Shown in pieces: positions 62,841-64,000 of a stretch of 64,000 nt of DNA. The translations under genes were made by a program, and so were the position numbers. Below the pieces are notes generated by a model. That model was not told the origin of the DNA. It searched no databases and saw only the letters and a program-made list of their open reading frames with translations. Position 1 is the first letter of the stretch; each line of letters starts with the position of its first letter. The stretch spans positions 41,885 to 105,884 of the IMG/VR virus record IMGVR_UViG_3300036939_000021. The stretch is one strand, 5' to 3'. The DNA comes from a virus.

Positions 62841-62878
62841 TTGACATATATTAGAAATGTCGATAGAGTTAGAGAAGT
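62841..62878 (+). promoter_or_regulatory. phage early promoter (repeat family)
   Basis: TTGACA-17-TAGAGT-TAGAGAAGT. Confidence 0.7.
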
Positions 62879-62924
62879 TCAAGAAAACACAGAAATTCAA
62901 CAATAAAACGTTATAGGAAAATAT

Positions 62925-63149
62925 ATGCAAGTCACACAAAGCAAGAAAACAGGCAAATTTAGCATTACACAGCTAGAAGATTCGGATCTCACCAAATTTC
63001 ATAATATCCTTACGGATATGGCGATGAAGTATCAAATCCGGCTAGCCTTGTTAGAACTCTATAATAAGGACAAAGAAGAAGCTGATAAGTTGTCAGATCC
63101 AGAAGAAATTAAAGAGTATTGGGAGCAAAAAGGTTTGGTACTCGAATAA
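62925..63149 (+). CDS. hypothetical early protein
   Basis: AGGA RBS after promoter. Confidence 0.65.
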   Translation: MQVTQSKKTGKFSITQLEDSDLTKFHNILTDMAMKYQIRLALLELYNKDKEEADKLSDPEEIKEYWEQKGLVLE

Positions 63150-63329
63150 ATTAAAAGTTTCAATTGGTGGATAAAAGATGCGATTGCTCGGTTTAGAAAT
63201 AAGCCGAGTTTTTTTTATGGGAAGATTATCAATGTCAAGTTTTGTAATATATTCGTAGATTAAGCCGAAAATCACGTAAAATAGATATATTCAACCTTCC
63301 AGACGTTTTACTTAGAAACGTGATACCAA

Positions 63330-64000
63330 ATGCAGTACAAAACTTTTCCTCTTATTTGTGTTAATTCTGAATTACCTGCAATTTTGTTAGATAACGGTGA
63401 ATGGCTTTTTCATGCTCCTGATGTTTGTATATTTGCTGATTTAGTTATTCGTCGAGATAATGCCTCACATTGGGTAAGAACAAATTTACCTTCTAAATGG
63501 TTTATTGAATTCCGTCCTACAGGTAAAGTTGGGCGTCCTGGATTATATCTAACTCTTCCAGGTTTGCTTAATGCTTTAACTCAGGGTACTTCAGAAATCT
63601 CTTTAAAATTTCGTGATGAAGTTTTTGAAAAAATTTTACCGTCGATTATTACAGACGGTTTTTATATTTCTAAAACAGCCACAAACGAACAATTAGAGGC
63701 AGCACAAAAAGAGATAGCACAACTTCAACTAGAAAAGAAATATCTAAAAGCTTGGAGTCCTAATATTAGTCTTCCGAAAATGCGTTTATTAGATCTCATC
63801 AATTATAAAGCACATGAATACTCACCTTTTTTAACGAGCAATGGTTATGGTACGAATCAACCATTAGATTCTTATAATAAAAATCGTTTTACTGCTGCTC
63901 AACTTGAAGGTCAAATTTTGTTTGACTTGATTGATACTTTATTTACTGATGAAAAATTAGAGTGTTCTAAATATGGATTTAAAAAAGCTGAAGGATTACA
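63330..64000 (+). CDS. Bro-N domain protein (partial, runs off the window; not in ORF track)
   Basis: NGEWLFHAPDVC...LYLTLPGL...KFRDEVFEKILPSII.DGFYI Bro-N signature. Confidence 0.8.
   Translation, partial: MQYKTFPLICVNSELPAILLDNGEWLFHAPDVCIFADLVIRRDNASHWVRTNLPSKWFIEFRPTGKVGRPGLYLTLPGLLNALTQGTSEISLKFRDEVFEKILPSIITDGFYISKTATNEQLEAAQKEIAQLQLEKKYLKAWSPNISLPKMRLLDLINYKAHEYSPFLTSNGYGTNQPLDSYNKNRFTAAQLEGQILFDLIDTLFTDEKLECSKYGFKKAEGL

Noticed and set aside
1-64000. Integrase, terminase, endolysin, rRNA or canonical tRNA genes
   Set aside because: No supporting motifs were recognised in this window; they may lie elsewhere in the genome.

Overview
AT-rich (roughly 30% GC by eye) segment of a tailed dsDNA phage with a lambda-like non-contractile tail. 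The host is most likely a cyanobacterium, inferred from cyanobacterial-style FHA, HisKA/receiver and small-protein families. Virion genes present: portal, scaffold, major capsid, two tail-tube paralogues, tail chaperone with a -1 frameshift, a 2099-aa tape measure with muralytic domains, tail-tip M/L/K/I/J homologues, fibres and several putative glycan-degrading appendages. Replication genes present: family-A DNA polymerase, SF1 and SF2 helicases, primase-SF3 helicase, RuvC-like resolvase, thyX and dcd, plus several KilA-N/Bro-N/RHH regulators. No terminase, integrase or clear endolysin is visible in this window. Virion genes are scrambled over both strands and interrupted by one-gene cassettes, each with a near-identical sigma70-type promoter and often closed by a very long hairpin. 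Main leads: (1) a minimal phage phosphotransfer pair (stand-alone HisKA/DHp protein + single-domain receiver), an FHA protein and a decayed PatX-like secreted peptide, together suggesting interference with host signalling; (2) a 156-nt tRNA-like structured RNA whose anticodon arm is replaced by a long branched stem; (3) a tail-tip J gene split into two genes 15 kb apart; (4) two pairs of proteins sharing N-terminal putative capsid-docking leaders, one carrying an HExxH metallopeptidase; (5) a genome-wide over-represented YGGAATMAT motif and a candidate late promoter GTGGAATATTGTA; (6) a 1.5-kb pseudo-symmetric non-coding origin-like region with a perfect 24-bp palindrome. All family assignments come from motif recognition by eye; no database searches were run.
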